The notes under the pieces are model-generated. The model worked only from the letters and a program-made list of their open reading frames with translations. It did no database searches and was not told the DNA's origin. This document shows, piece after piece, positions 9,638 to 20,084 of a DNA stretch of 64,000 bases. This DNA is from Deltaproteobacteria bacterium (lineage in GTDB: Bacteria > Desulfobacterota > GWC2-55-46 > UBA9637 > GWC2-42-11): positions 6,555-70,554 of the forward strand of contig JACRNI010000024.1 of NCBI GenBank assembly GCA_016234925.1, written 5' to 3'. The translations under genes and the position numbers were made by a program. How positions within the stretch are numbered: position 1 is the stretch's first letter; the number at the start of each line of letters is the position of its first letter.

Positions 9638-11926
9638 GTGATAAAAATGACAAACCAGACAGAAATTAAACAGAAAATTTGGACAACACTTGACAAACTA
9701 AGGGGCCATTTCCCAATTGGCGACAGCAAACTGTTAGAGTTAATCGCAGCGACAAAAGGAACGGAAAAACTTGACAGCATTTTAGGTGATGTAAAAACCA
9801 TTCAACTTTTGACAAGCAGGTATGACGGTTTTGTTCCACCCCTTTATATTTTCAATTTTATTAACGACCTTTCAAAATCTGTAAATCCTAAATCGCACCT
9901 TGACCCTTGGTTGACACCTTCATCACCTTGTATATTCTTTGACTTTGGGACAACAACAGCATATTGCCTAAACCAAACGGCATCAGAAATTATCAAGACA
10001 GTTTTCGCAAACGCCAAAACTGAAATTCATTTAGGTGATGGTTCAAAGCAACTTGACGGCGTAAAAACAAAATTTGATTTTATCACTTCGTTTCCACCTT
10101 TCGGTATGCGGAAAGAACCAATAGAGATAAACGGTTTCAAAACTTCAAACGACTTTGCTTCTACTCTACTAATTCAATCTTCAATGCTTTTGAACGACAA
10201 CGGGAAAGCAGTTTTCCTAATGTCACCTTCTTTTTTGATTGATAAAAAAAATAAAGAAGTAATAAACAAACTGGGTTTGTTTGTTGATGCAGTTTTTGCA
10301 ATTCCTAATGGAGCATTTTTACCGCAGTCAAACATTGCATCAAATCTTGTTGTCATTACCAAGCAACAAAAAGAAAAAACTTTCATCGCAGAAATATCCA
10401 GTGATGAAAAGGCAAACAAGGCAGTCCTTGACAACTACAAAAATCACAGAGCAGGGAAAGTAATTCAGTTAGGTGCTTTAGTTGACATAAAAGAATTCAA
10501 ATCCTTGCAAGCATTAGTATCAGAAAACGAAATGCAAGAATTAGTAAAACGAATTGGCTATTCGCCAATTCATCTTACTGAATTTGCATCTGCTATCAAT
10601 GCAATGAAACAAGACAACAAAGACGAGGTTGAGCATATTTCAAATTCAATTTATCTCCCGAAAGTTGGCAACAGTCCAGTTGTTACCAATCCATCGGAAA
10701 TGAAAATAAAACCGAAGAACTATTTTCAAATTCAACTTGACGAAACAAAAGCAAATTCAATTTATGTAGCCAACTATTTTAATAGCGCAATAGGTAAGAA
10801 ACTAAGAGAGGGTTTAGAAGTTGGCGCGGTAATTCTGCAAATATCAAAATCGCAACTTTCAAATTGTATTTTGCATTTGCCCGATATAAAAACACAATTA
10901 GAGTTGATTGAAATTGATAGCAAGATTGACCAATTCAGTTTCCGACTTGATGAACTGAAAAGGAATCTTTGGAAACAACCGAGGAGTTACAACTCAATTT
11001 CAAAAGAACTGAAGAGCATAAACCAAGAAGAAAAACTTGAGCATTGGATTGACACTTTACCATTTCCAATTTCTTCAATCTTGTGGCGTTACTACGCCAC
11101 AAAAGAAAATTATAAAAAGGTGGAACACCTTTTTCACTTCTTTGAGGCGTTGTCTGAATTTTTCTCAATGATAATGTTAAGTGCATTGGTTCAAGACAAA
11201 GAGTTTTACAAACAAGAGTGCCACAAATGGATAGACACAGACGAAAGATTTAAAGAGTGGTATTTCAGAGCAACATTCGGCAGTTGGAATATTTTGACAT
11301 CACGACTTTCAAAAGCCACAAGAGAATATCTTGCTGACAAGGACAAACAAGAACTTTGCAAATCAATTTACGGTAATCCAAGTGTAGCATTTTTAACTAT
11401 GCTAACATGCAAAGGGATTGTAAATATTCTTCTTTCTATTGCTGACCTTCGCAACAAGTGGAAAGGACACGGAGGAATTACGAGTGAGGAAGAAAATAAA
11501 CAACGAGTAACGACACTTGAACAACAGTTAAACGAGTTGAGAAAATTTATTGCTGACGGCTTTGAAGAAACAAGGATGCTTTCACCGACAACAAGCAGTT
11601 ACGAAGACGGAGTTTTTACATTCAATGCAAAGAAACTTGTTGGAGCAAGGACACCGTTCAATGAGATTTCTATTCAATCACTCATTCCGCTTGACAAGAA
11701 AAAACTTTACTTGGCGCATTCAAGTCAAAACAAACCTGTTGAGTTATTACCATTCATAAAGTTTGTAGAAGTTTCTGATGCAGTTTATTTCTATACAAGT
11801 ATTGAGAGTAAAAATGTTCGTTGGGTTTCATATCACTTTGACAAAAACCCAGAGATAAATCAACCAGCAGACAATGAATTATTCAAAGCGTTTGAATTCT
11901 TAAAAGGCAATGACAGTAAAATTTGA
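9638..11926 (+). CDS. large SAM-methyltransferase-like protein with C-terminal HEPN-like (Rx5H) motif; candidate defence protein
   Basis: N6-MTase-like motif order 'HLDPWLTPSS' ... 'CIFFDFGTTTAY' (degenerate motif I) ... 'FDFITSFPPFG' (motif IV variant) ... 'AVFLMSPSFL'. C-terminal 'SIADLRNKWKGHGG'. Confidence 0.5.
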   Translation: MIKMTNQTEIKQKIWTTLDKLRGHFPIGDSKLLELIAATKGTEKLDSILGDVKTIQLLTSRYDGFVPPLYIFNFINDLSKSVNPKSHLDPWLTPSSPCIFFDFGTTTAYCLNQTASEIIKTVFANAKTEIHLGDGSKQLDGVKTKFDFITSFPPFGMRKEPIEINGFKTSNDFASTLLIQSSMLLNDNGKAVFLMSPSFLIDKKNKEVINKLGLFVDAVFAIPNGAFLPQSNIASNLVVITKQQKEKTFIAEISSDEKANKAVLDNYKNHRAGKVIQLGALVDIKEFKSLQALVSENEMQELVKRIGYSPIHLTEFASAINAMKQDNKDEVEHISNSIYLPKVGNSPVVTNPSEMKIKPKNYFQIQLDETKANSIYVANYFNSAIGKKLREGLEVGAVILQISKSQLSNCILHLPDIKTQLELIEIDSKIDQFSFRLDELKRNLWKQPRSYNSISKELKSINQEEKLEHWIDTLPFPISSILWRYYATKENYKKVEHLFHFFEALSEFFSMIMLSALVQDKEFYKQECHKWIDTDERFKEWYFRATFGSWNILTSRLSKATREYLADKDKQELCKSIYGNPSVAFLTMLTCKGIVNILLSIADLRNKWKGHGGITSEEENKQRVTTLEQQLNELRKFIADGFEETRMLSPTTSSYEDGVFTFNAKKLVGARTPFNEISIQSLIPLDKKKLYLAHSSQNKPVELLPFIKFVEVSDAVYFYTSIESKNVRWVSYHFDKNPEINQPADNELFKAFEFLKGNDSKI

Positions 11927-12138
11927 AACGACAGTCCTTCGTGGTAAACAGTCGGGTGATGCCGATAACATCAGATTAAATGAAATTTTGAAAAGGGAAA
12001 AATGAGGGACAGCGGCCATTTAAAAAGGGATATGCCAGCAACGGACAGATAATATGGCGGAAAAGACTGGCATCAAACCCAATAGGGCTTCTTTTCCGCC
12101 AAGAACGTTAGCGGAAATGCCCGGATAGAAAGACAAGA

Positions 12139-12333
12139 ATGAAGATTCGTGATATTATAAAATTGATAGAACGCGATGGTTGGTATCAAGTTGATACGAG
12201 AGGAAGCCATCGTCAATATAAACACCCTATGAAGTCAGGCAGGGTAACAATTGCCGGTCATCTTGGCGATGATTTGTCGCCGGGAACTCTCAACAGTATT
12301 TTGAAGCAGGCTAAATTGAAGGAGGTAAAATAA
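12139..12333 (+). CDS. hicA: HicA-family toxin (YcfA-like mRNA interferase)
   Basis: 'TRGSHRQYKHPMKSGRVTIAGH...DLSPGTLNSILKQA'. Confidence 0.8.
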   Translation: MKIRDIIKLIERDGWYQVDTRGSHRQYKHPMKSGRVTIAGHLGDDLSPGTLNSILKQAKLKEVK

Positions 12334-12334
12334 A

Positions 12335-12547
12335 ATGTATCGTTTTCTTATTGTAATCGAAAAGGCAGATGGAAACTATTCTGCATATTCACCTGACTTG
12401 CCCGGATGTGCAGCAACAGGGGCTACACGCGAAGAAGCAGAGCAAAATATGCATGAAGCCATTGAACTGCACTTGCAAGGGCTGAAGGAAGATGGGCTGT
12501 CTATCCCTCAGTCTACTTCCTTTGCAGAGTATGTTGCCGTTAGATAA
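12335..12547 (+). CDS. hicB: HicB-family antitoxin
   Basis: 'YSAYSPDLPGCAATGATREEAEQNMHEAIELHL'; start overlaps the hicA stop. Confidence 0.75.
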   Translation: MYRFLIVIEKADGNYSAYSPDLPGCAATGATREEAEQNMHEAIELHLQGLKEDGLSIPQSTSFAEYVAVR

Positions 12548-12671
12548 AATTTCAGTGCGAGCACTTCCCGTTAACACAGCACAAACGAAAAGACCCCAAA
12601 CCTGATAACTTTGTCTGTGCTGAAACCGTTATCTTCTTATTACAAGAGTGAAAAAGGAACAAAGGCTTGTT

Positions 12672-12856
12672 CCCAAAAATAGACTTTGATTTTTGGGGAA
12701 ACCTGCAAGTTGGCTGCCAGACGAGGCAGCGGACTATTTTTACGACGAGCCGTATGTTCACCGATACGGTGAGGAGTAAAAATTGTCCGATAACGAAGTA
12801 TGGCAGCCAAATCGCAGGTTTGTAAAATAGCGAGGTTTTTAATCGCTATTTTACGG
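12672..12856 (-). repeat. family A repeat, copy 3 (inverted)
   Basis: Reverse complement of 3831..4014. Confidence 0.6.
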
Positions 12857-12869
12857 TTGTTCATAATGC

Positions 12870-12899
12870 TTGAATTCAGAGTGCAAATTGGTATATAAT
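12870..12899 (+). promoter_or_regulatory. possible sigma-70 promoter (TTGAAT-18-TATAAT) for the sigma factor gene
   Basis: Motif match only. Confidence 0.3.
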
Positions 12900-12933
12900 T
12901 TGAAGAAATTTTTAAATTGTGAGGTGAGCAGTA

Positions 12934-13779
12934 ATGTCTTTACCAGTATTATCCAATTCCTTACAGTCATATATTGTCCAAATAAACAGGTTTCCTCTGC
13001 TTTCGAAGGACGAGGAATTTGAACTTGCTGTCCGGTTAAAAAAATATAATGACCTTGATGCAGCGCATAAACTTATAACTGCAAATTTAAGGTTTGTTGT
13101 AAAGATTGCAATGGAATACAGGGACTACGGCTGCAGGCTTGCTGACCTTGTTCAGGAAGGCAACATAGGTTTAATGAAGGCTGTCCGAAAGTTTGACCCG
13201 GACAAGGGTTTAAGGCTCATAACATATGCAGTCTGGTGGATAAGGGCGGGCATTCAGGCATTTATTTTGAAGTCATGGAGTCTAGTTAGCCGCAATGCAA
13301 AAGAACTGAAAAGAAGACTGTTTTATAGATTTACTGAAAGCAGAGATAAAATCATAGAAATAGAAAACAACGGCAATAAAAAACTTGAAGCCAATCCCAG
13401 TGATATGGGAATTGATGAGGATATAAGCCGCGATTTTTCTCTGGATAAGCAGATAGGCACAGATGAGACAACTGAGACAACACACCTTGACATGCTTTCT
13501 GATGCTTCGCAAAATCAGGAATATGCGATTCTGGCTTTAGAAGAAAGCAGGATAAATAAATCTCATATTGAATACTCAATTCAGGTTTTAAATGAAAAGG
13601 AAAGATTTGTAATAGAAAACAGGATTACATCAGATAACCCTCTAACCCTTCAGGAAATCGGCGATAAACTCGGCATAACCCGTGAAAGAGTCCGCCAGAT
13701 AGAAGAAACCGCATTAAAGAAGTTGAGGAAAAGACTTTTGCAGAAGTCGCTGCCTGTGATGAATTGCCAATCCGTGTAA
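12934..13779 (+). CDS. rpoH: RNA polymerase sigma-70 family factor, RpoH (sigma-32)-like
   Basis: Region 2 'QEGNIGLMKAVRKFDPDKGLRLITYAVWWIRAGIQAFI'; RpoH-box-like 'LKRRLFYRF'; region 4 HTH. Confidence 0.65.
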   Translation: MSLPVLSNSLQSYIVQINRFPLLSKDEEFELAVRLKKYNDLDAAHKLITANLRFVVKIAMEYRDYGCRLADLVQEGNIGLMKAVRKFDPDKGLRLITYAVWWIRAGIQAFILKSWSLVSRNAKELKRRLFYRFTESRDKIIEIENNGNKKLEANPSDMGIDEDISRDFSLDKQIGTDETTETTHLDMLSDASQNQEYAILALEESRINKSHIEYSIQVLNEKERFVIENRITSDNPLTLQEIGDKLGITRERVRQIEETALKKLRKRLLQKSLPVMNCQSV

Positions 13780-13787
13780 ATCTACGT

Positions 13788-14897
13788 TTAAACCAATTTC
13801 CCTAAATCCGCATATTCCTTATTCTGCGCCTCTGCAACTGCCTTGCAGGTGATTTTGCCTTTGAAAACATTAACTCCCTTTGCGAGTGCAGGGTCTTTTT
13901 TGACTGCATCGATGCCAGAGTTTGCAAGTTTAATCACATAAGGCAGTGTTGCATTTGTAAGCGCAAATGTGGATGTCCTTGGCACAGAACCCGGCATGTT
14001 TGTAACGCCGTAGTGGATTACTCCGTCCTTTTCATAGACAGGGTTTGAATGGCTCGTTGGTTTTATTGTCTCAACGCACCCGCCTTGGTCTATTGATACA
14101 TCAACAATCACAGAGCCTTTTTTCATCTTTGATACCATTTGTTTTGTGACTAAATGGGGCGCTTTTGCGCCTGTTATCAAAACAGCGCCGATTACAAGGT
14201 CAGATTCAATAACCGCCTTTTCTATGTTAAAGGAATTAGATGCCATTGTTTTTATCCTGCCTCTGAATATATCATCAAGATAACGGAGTCTTTCAAGGCT
14301 TCGGTTTATGATTGTTACATCAGCGCCCATTCCCAAAGCAATCTTTGCCGCATTTGTGCCGACAACGCCTCCGCCGATGATTGCAACCTTGCCGATTTCT
14401 ACGCCCGGCACGCCGCCTAAAAGCACGCCTCTGCCAGCATGCGGCTTCATCAGATAATATGCGCCAACCTGAACAGATAATTTTCCTGCAACCTCGCTCA
14501 TTGGCGTAAGTATAGGCAGACTTCCATCAGGAAGTTCAACTGTCTCATATGCAATTGCAGTTGTACCGCTTTTTACAAGTGCATCAGTAAGTTCAGGAAG
14601 GGGCGCAAGATGTAAAAATGTGAAAAGGATTTTATCTTTTTTTAAGAATAGATATTCCTGCGGCAGAGGCTCTTTGACCTTGATGAGCATATCTGCCTTT
14701 TCAAAAACATCTTTAGCATTATCAATTATCTCAGCGCCTGCATTTTTGAACTCATCATCACTTATGCCGCTGCCGAGTCCAGCAGATTTTTCAATTATCG
14801 CCCTATGTCCTGATTCCTTTAATGCCTTTACACCAGCAGGTATTATGGCAACACGGTATTCATTGTCTTTGATTTCTTTTGGAATTCCGATTATCAT
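13788..14897 (-). CDS. ald: alanine dehydrogenase
   Basis: '[23 protein letters not shown]'; NAD motif '[24 protein letters not shown]'. Confidence 0.9.
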   Translation of the reverse strand: MIIGIPKEIKDNEYRVAIIPAGVKALKESGHRAIIEKSAGLGSGISDDEFKNAGAEIIDNAKDVFEKADMLIKVKEPLPQEYLFLKKDKILFTFLHLAPLPELTDALVKSGTTAIAYETVELPDGSLPILTPMSEVAGKLSVQVGAYYLMKPHAGRGVLLGGVPGVEIGKVAIIGGGVVGTNAAKIALGMGADVTIINRSLERLRYLDDIFRGRIKTMASNSFNIEKAVIESDLVIGAVLITGAKAPHLVTKQMVSKMKKGSVIVDVSIDQGGCVETIKPTSHSNPVYEKDGVIHYGVTNMPGSVPRTSTFALTNATLPYVIKLANSGIDAVKKDPALAKGVNVFKGKITCKAVAEAQNKEYADLGKLV

Positions 14898-15023
14898 ATT
14901 TAACCCCCTTTCCAGCCTAATTTAAAACACTACCATTAAATTGTCAATCAATGGTAATGTAATTTTTAAGATTGACATCCATATAATTATTGTGTTAAAA
15001 ATACTTTTTAAAATATCAGTTAG

Positions 15024-15350
15024 TTGGAGGGTTTGGATATGTATGCAGTAATAAAGACAGGCGGCAAGCAGTATAGAGTGCAGGAGGGCGAGGTGCTTAA
15101 GGTGGAGAAACTCTGCGGCGATGCTGGAGCAGAGATAGAATTAAAGGATGTCTTAATGGTTGGAGCAGGAGATGATGTAAAGGTCGGCAATCCTGTTCTA
15201 AAAAATGCAAAGGTGTTGGCAGAGATAATGGGCAACGGCAAGGCAAAAAAGGTCATTGCATTTAAAAAGAAGAGGAGAAAGGGTTTTGATAAAAAAATCG
15301 GACACAGGCAGGAATTTACAAGTATAAAGATTAAAGAGATAAGGGCATAA
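15024..15350 (+). CDS. rplU: 50S ribosomal protein L21
   Basis: 'MYAVIKTGGKQYRVQEGEVL'. Confidence 0.95.
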   Translation: MEGLDMYAVIKTGGKQYRVQEGEVLKVEKLCGDAGAEIELKDVLMVGAGDDVKVGNPVLKNAKVLAEIMGNGKAKKVIAFKKKRRKGFDKKIGHRQEFTSIKIKEIRA

Positions 15351-15372
15351 TTTATAAATTTGGGAGGAAAGC

Positions 15373-15627
15373 ATGGCGCATAAAAAGGCAGGCGGCAGTT
15401 CTAGAAACGGCAGGGACAGCAATGGTCAGAGAAGGGGAGTAAAGGTATTTTCTGGACAGGTTGTTCCAGCAGGCAGCATCCTTGTTCGTCAGGTTGGCAC
15501 AAGGATTCATCCTGGGCAGAATGTTGGATTAGGCAAAGATTACACCATTTTTGCAAAGGTTTCAGGCATTGTCCAATATGAGGCAAAGGGCAGAGATAAA
15601 AAACAGGTTAGTGTTTATCCGCAATAA
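15373..15627 (+). CDS. rpmA: 50S ribosomal protein L27
   Basis: '[24 protein letters not shown]'. Confidence 0.95.
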   Translation: MAHKKAGGSSRNGRDSNGQRRGVKVFSGQVVPAGSILVRQVGTRIHPGQNVGLGKDYTIFAKVSGIVQYEAKGRDKKQVSVYPQ

Positions 15628-15685
15628 TAATGTTAAATAAAGCAGACGGGTGGATTGAATACACCACAAAAAGCGAGATACAAAT

Positions 15686-15790
15686 ATTACACAGATTATA
15701 AGGGCAGATTACACAGATTAAGGCAACACGATTACTTTTTTAAATCTGTGTAATCGTTTTTTTTAAAAATCTGTGTAATCAATTTCTTTA
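15686..15790 (+). repeat. ~100-nt repeat, family G ('gattacac...atctgtgtaatc'), copy 1
   Basis: Related to 17906..18004 and 56247..56336. Confidence 0.55.
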
Positions 15791-15791
15791 A

Positions 15792-15820
15792 GCGAGGCGT
15801 GAAATCCTCGCTTTTTTTAT
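15792..15820 (+). terminator. rho-independent terminator after rplU-rpmA
   Basis: gcgagg...cctcgc hairpin followed by TTTTTTT. Confidence 0.5.
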
Positions 15821-15841
15821 TTTGTTGATTCGTAGGCGTAT

Positions 15842-16858
15842 ATGAAATTTATAGATGAAGCAAAAATTTATGTTCATGCCGGCAATGGCGGCAGAGGCTG
15901 TGTCAGTTTCAGGAGGGAGAAGTATGTGCCAAAAGGAGGCCCTGACGGCGGCGACGGCGGAAAAGGGGGAGATGTAACAATAATTGGGGACAGAAGACTC
16001 TCAAGTCTGCTGGATTTTAATTATAAGAGAAATCATATTGCGGAAAGGGGACAGCACGGCAAGGGCAGCAACTGGCACGGCAAGGACGGCAAGTCAATAA
16101 CAATCCATGTTCCTATTGGGACTTTAATAAAAGATGCTGATACAGGCGATGTCATAGAGGACATTACATCCGATGCTCAGGAGATATTGATTGCAAAGGG
16201 CGGAAGAGGGGGAAAAGGAAATGCCCATTTTGTTTCATCAACTTTTCAGGCGCCAAAGTTTGCGCAGCCCGGCGAAGAGGGCGGGGAAAGGCATTTAAAA
16301 CTAGAACTCAAACTCCTTGCAGATGTGGGGATTATCGGCTTTCCAAATGCAGGCAAATCAACGCTAATATCGCATATATCCAAGGCAAAACCAAAGATTG
16401 CAGATTATCCATTCACAACTTTAAAACCGAATCTTGGGGTTGTAAAGGTCGGCGATTATGCAAATTTTGTTATTGCAGATATACCGGGGCTTATTGAAGG
16501 CGCGCATGAAGGCAAAGGGCTTGGCATCAAATTTTTAAAGCATATTGAAAGGACAAGCATCTTCATACATCTGATAGACCTTTCCCCATTTTCAGAACGA
16601 GAGCCAAAAAAAGATTTTGAGATTATAAACAAAGAACTCATTGCATTTAATCCTGATTTGAAGAATAAAAAGCAGGTAATTGCCTTGAATAAGATTGATA
16701 TTCCAGAGGCAAGGGAGAGGCTTTCAAATATCTTGAAATTTTTTAAAACAAAGGGTATAAAAACATTCGCAATATCTGCTGTTACAGGCGAGTGTATTCT
16801 TGAACTTTTAAAATATGTGGCTAAAGTAGTGATAGAGAAAAAATGTCAAAAATCCTGA
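15842..16858 (+). CDS. obg: GTPase Obg/CgtA
   Basis: 'MKFIDEAKIYVHAGNGGRGCVSFRREKYVPKGGPDGGDGGKGG'; G1 'GFPNAGKST'. Confidence 0.95.
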   Translation: MKFIDEAKIYVHAGNGGRGCVSFRREKYVPKGGPDGGDGGKGGDVTIIGDRRLSSLLDFNYKRNHIAERGQHGKGSNWHGKDGKSITIHVPIGTLIKDADTGDVIEDITSDAQEILIAKGGRGGKGNAHFVSSTFQAPKFAQPGEEGGERHLKLELKLLADVGIIGFPNAGKSTLISHISKAKPKIADYPFTTLKPNLGVVKVGDYANFVIADIPGLIEGAHEGKGLGIKFLKHIERTSIFIHLIDLSPFSEREPKKDFEIINKELIAFNPDLKNKKQVIALNKIDIPEARERLSNILKFFKTKGIKTFAISAVTGECILELLKYVAKVVIEKKCQKS

Positions 16859-17550
16859 TAATCATTCCAGCGTTTAATGAAGAGGCGACCATAGGCAGTG
16901 TTATACCTTCTGTTAAAAAAGAAATGCCTGATGCTGATATAGTTGTTGTAAATGACGGTTCACATGACAAGACCTCTCAAATCGCCAAAACACTTGGCGC
17001 AGTCGTTATAGACCTTCCTTACAATCTTGGCATAGGCGCTGCAATGCAGGCAGGCTATAGGTTTGCTAAGTCAATGGGTTATGATATTGCTGTTCAGGTA
17101 GATGCAGATGGCCAGCATCCTGCTAACCAGATTAAAAATCTTATTAAACCGATTGAAGATAATAAGGCTGATGTTATTATTGGCTCAAGATTTCTTGGCA
17201 AGGGTGAATATAAACCGAGTTTAGCAAGATTGGTTGGAATGACTGTATTTGCAAAGGTGGTATCCTTTATAATAAAAAATAAGGTAACAGACACAACATC
17301 AGGCTTTAGGGCAGTTAATAAAAAGGTTGTTAATTTTTTCAGCAGCATCTATCCTGATGACTATCCCGAAGTTGAGGCTTTGGTATTGCTTTACAAGGCT
17401 GGATTCAGTATAATGGATACGGCTGTGATTATGGATGAAAGGCATGGCGGCAAATCATCCATAACGCCTATAAGAGGATTATATTACATGGTAAAGGTAT
17501 TGCTCGCTGTATTTGTTGATACTTTAAAAAGGATTGAAAGGGAAGCATGA
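16843..17550 (+). CDS. GT2 polyprenyl-phosphate sugar synthase (GtrB/DPM1-like)
   Basis: 'ILIIIPAFNEEATIGSVI...VVNDGSHDKT'; DxD-containing GT-A fold; 235 aa. Confidence 0.8.
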   Translation: MSKILIIIPAFNEEATIGSVIPSVKKEMPDADIVVVNDGSHDKTSQIAKTLGAVVIDLPYNLGIGAAMQAGYRFAKSMGYDIAVQVDADGQHPANQIKNLIKPIEDNKADVIIGSRFLGKGEYKPSLARLVGMTVFAKVVSFIIKNKVTDTTSGFRAVNKKVVNFFSSIYPDDYPEVEALVLLYKAGFSIMDTAVIMDERHGGKSSITPIRGLYYMVKVLLAVFVDTLKRIEREA

Positions 17551-17888
17551 CAATACAAATACTTGCAATAATAGTCAGCGTAGTGTTATTCTTGGTTATC
17601 ATAGACCTTATCCGCAGAGGCAGGCTTAAAGAAAGATATTCCATTGTCTGGCTTGCGGCATCTGCTGTTATATTTTTATTGTCAATTTGGAGAGGACTTT
17701 TGGAAGGCATATCATTATGGCTCGGTGTTTTTTATCCGCCTTCCTTTTTGTTTCTTATTGCCTTTTTCTTTTTATTGTTGATTGTTTTGCATTTTTCTGT
17801 TGTATTGTCCCGCATATACAATGAAAATAAAAGACTTGCTCAAGAGATCGGTTTATTAAGGACAGAGGTAAAAGAGTTAAAAAAATAA
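17547..17888 (+). CDS. small membrane protein, DUF2304-like partner of GtrB-type GT2
   Basis: Three TM helices, 'LIRRGRLKERYSIVWL'; start overlaps the GT2 stop. Confidence 0.55.
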   Translation: MTIQILAIIVSVVLFLVIIDLIRRGRLKERYSIVWLAASAVIFLLSIWRGLLEGISLWLGVFYPPSFLFLIAFFFLLLIVLHFSVVLSRIYNENKRLAQEIGLLRTEVKELKK

Positions 17889-17905
17889 TTTAATGAGATG
17901 ATAAT

Positions 17906-18004
17906 GATTACACCGATTATAAAGGCAGATTACACGGATTAAAACAAATAGTAGTCTTAAATCTGCGTAATCGTATTTTAGAAATCTGTGTAATCAATTT
18001 CTTT
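17906..18004 (+). repeat. family G repeat, copy 2
   Basis: Near-identical to 56247..56336. Confidence 0.55.
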
Positions 18005-18019
18005 CATAGGAGGCGTTAC

Positions 18020-19204
18020 ATGACAAAAAAACATCTAATTGCTGCAGTTATTATGATTGCAGCCGCATTTGCAGTTTATTCAAATACATTTTATGCCTCG
18101 TTTCACTTTGATGACATCCCTAACATAGTTGAAAATCCAAAGATAAAAAATGTTAATAACATTCCTGAAATGGTGACAGCAGGCTCAAGGGGAATAACAA
18201 TGGCAACATTTGCATTAAATTATTATTTTGGCGGTTTAAATGTAATCGGTTATCATATTGTAAACATTACAATACATGCCATAAACGGGATACTTGTGTA
18301 TTTCATCCTTTATATGACATTTAATCTGCCGTCACTCCGAGAGACCTTTGGTGATAAGTCATACAGACTTGCCTTGTATGCCTCGCTTTTATTTTTAGTC
18401 CACCCTATACAAACGCAGGCTGTAACATACATAGTTCAGAGATTGGAAATCCTTGCGTCGCTATTTTATCTCCTAGCATTGTTTCTATTTATAAAAGGTT
18501 CTATAGCAGAAGGCGTATTAAAAAAGACGATGTTTTTTAGCGCCGTTGTCTTATCATACATACTTGGTATATTCTCAAAGGAGATTGCAGTAACCCTTCC
18601 TGCTGTAATACTTCTCTATGATTATTATTTTATTGCTGATAAGGATTTAAAGGGGGTTTTAAAAAGGCTCCCTGTCTATGCAATATTGTTTGTTATAACA
18701 ATGGCATTTTCATTTAAGGTGCTTGCAAGCCTTGGCGGTTTTGGCGACTTGAGCGAGCAGTCTGCTGGTTTTGGCGTAAAGACAATATCTCCAAAAGAAT
18801 ATCTCTTTACGCAGTTCAATGTAATATGGACATATATAAGACTCCTGTTCCTGCCGATAAACCAGAACCTTGATTACGATTACCCGATTGCAAAAACGCT
18901 TTTTGAATTTCCAACTATTCTGTCATTTATTGGCATAATTGCCCTTATCGCGACTGCTATTGTATTTCACAGTTCAAAAATTAAGGTTTATGGCGCAAGG
19001 CTCATCTCATTTTTTATCCTCTGGTTTTTCATCATACTTTTGCCGACATCGTCTTTTATCCCGATACTTGATGTAATATTTGAACACAGGATTTATCTTG
19101 CCTCTGTTGGTTTTGCGGCAATATTTGCAGTTGTATTTGACAGGGTCTTTGAAATCATAGAGGCAAAATTGTCAAAATCAAAACCTGCAGAACAAAAGGG
19201 TTAA
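18020..19204 (+). CDS. GT-C family (TMTC/PMT-like) polytopic membrane glycosyltransferase domain protein
   Basis: Paralog of the N-termini of 21081 and 23029 ('FHFDDIPNIVENP', 'LVHPIQTQAVTYI', 'NQNLDYDYP'). Lacks the TPR tail. Confidence 0.6.
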   Translation: MTKKHLIAAVIMIAAAFAVYSNTFYASFHFDDIPNIVENPKIKNVNNIPEMVTAGSRGITMATFALNYYFGGLNVIGYHIVNITIHAINGILVYFILYMTFNLPSLRETFGDKSYRLALYASLLFLVHPIQTQAVTYIVQRLEILASLFYLLALFLFIKGSIAEGVLKKTMFFSAVVLSYILGIFSKEIAVTLPAVILLYDYYFIADKDLKGVLKRLPVYAILFVITMAFSFKVLASLGGFGDLSEQSAGFGVKTISPKEYLFTQFNVIWTYIRLLFLPINQNLDYDYPIAKTLFEFPTILSFIGIIALIATAIVFHSSKIKVYGARLISFFILWFFIILLPTSSFIPILDVIFEHRIYLASVGFAAIFAVVFDRVFEIIEAKLSKSKPAEQKG

Positions 19205-19217
19205 TGGGGCATGGGCA

Positions 19218-19859
19218 ATGGGTTATAGGTTTTCTTTATTACCTATTGCCTATTGCCTTTTTTTTATTCTCTTCTTTTTATCCATTCTGACATATTCAAG
19301 AAATCTTATCTGGACAGACCAGTTTACCCTTTGGTCAGATACTCAAAAAAAATCTCCGAACAAAGCAAGACCTTATAATGATATTGGGAATGTCTATCTG
19401 CTTCAGAATAAGTTCGGCGAGGCAATGGAGATGTATCAAAAGGCGATTTCATTAATGCCTGATTTTTATGAGGCGCATTATAATCTTGGCATAATATATT
19501 CAAGATACGGCATGTGGAGCGGCGCAATAAAAGAATTCAGGAATGCGCTTGACAGCGGCGGTGGCGGAGAATATAGAATCCATTATAGATTGGGCGATGC
19601 CTTTGCTGGAAAAGGGATGTTTGAAGACGCAATAAAGGAATATAGTAATGCACTGATGTTAAGACCTGACGATGCAGATGTTTACTATGGTCTTGCCCGT
19701 GTGTATTCATTAAAAATGGAAAAAGATATTGCTATAGATTATCTTGCAAAGGCAATAAAAAATGGGTTTCAAGATTATGAAATTATGTCAACAGATAAAG
19801 GATTAGATAATATAAGAAATGATAAAAGGTATAAGGCTATTGCTGCTGGAAAAAGGTGA
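19218..19859 (+). CDS. TPR-repeat protein with N-terminal TM helix (possible detached C-terminal half of 18020)
   Basis: 'SPNKARPYNDIGNVY' linker motif shared with the TMTC-like fusions. Different frame from 18020. Confidence 0.55.
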   Translation: MGYRFSLLPIAYCLFFILFFLSILTYSRNLIWTDQFTLWSDTQKKSPNKARPYNDIGNVYLLQNKFGEAMEMYQKAISLMPDFYEAHYNLGIIYSRYGMWSGAIKEFRNALDSGGGGEYRIHYRLGDAFAGKGMFEDAIKEYSNALMLRPDDADVYYGLARVYSLKMEKDIAIDYLAKAIKNGFQDYEIMSTDKGLDNIRNDKRYKAIAAGKR

Positions 19860-20084
19860 TGGTGTCTTTTAAAAGATTTAATCTATGGTCAGGGTGTTTT
19901 GTATTTCTTATAACATCCATTACTATCTTTCTTACTGTCAGGGCTTCGGATGAGGACAGGTGGAGCGACTGGGCTTTTGGTGATGCCTAGACCCTAGTGG
20001 GGAGAGGGGTATATAAATTTTTCTCTTGTATTTGTATTAATGACCTGTTAAATAAAGGGAAGATTTTAAATATTTTAGAAGGGG

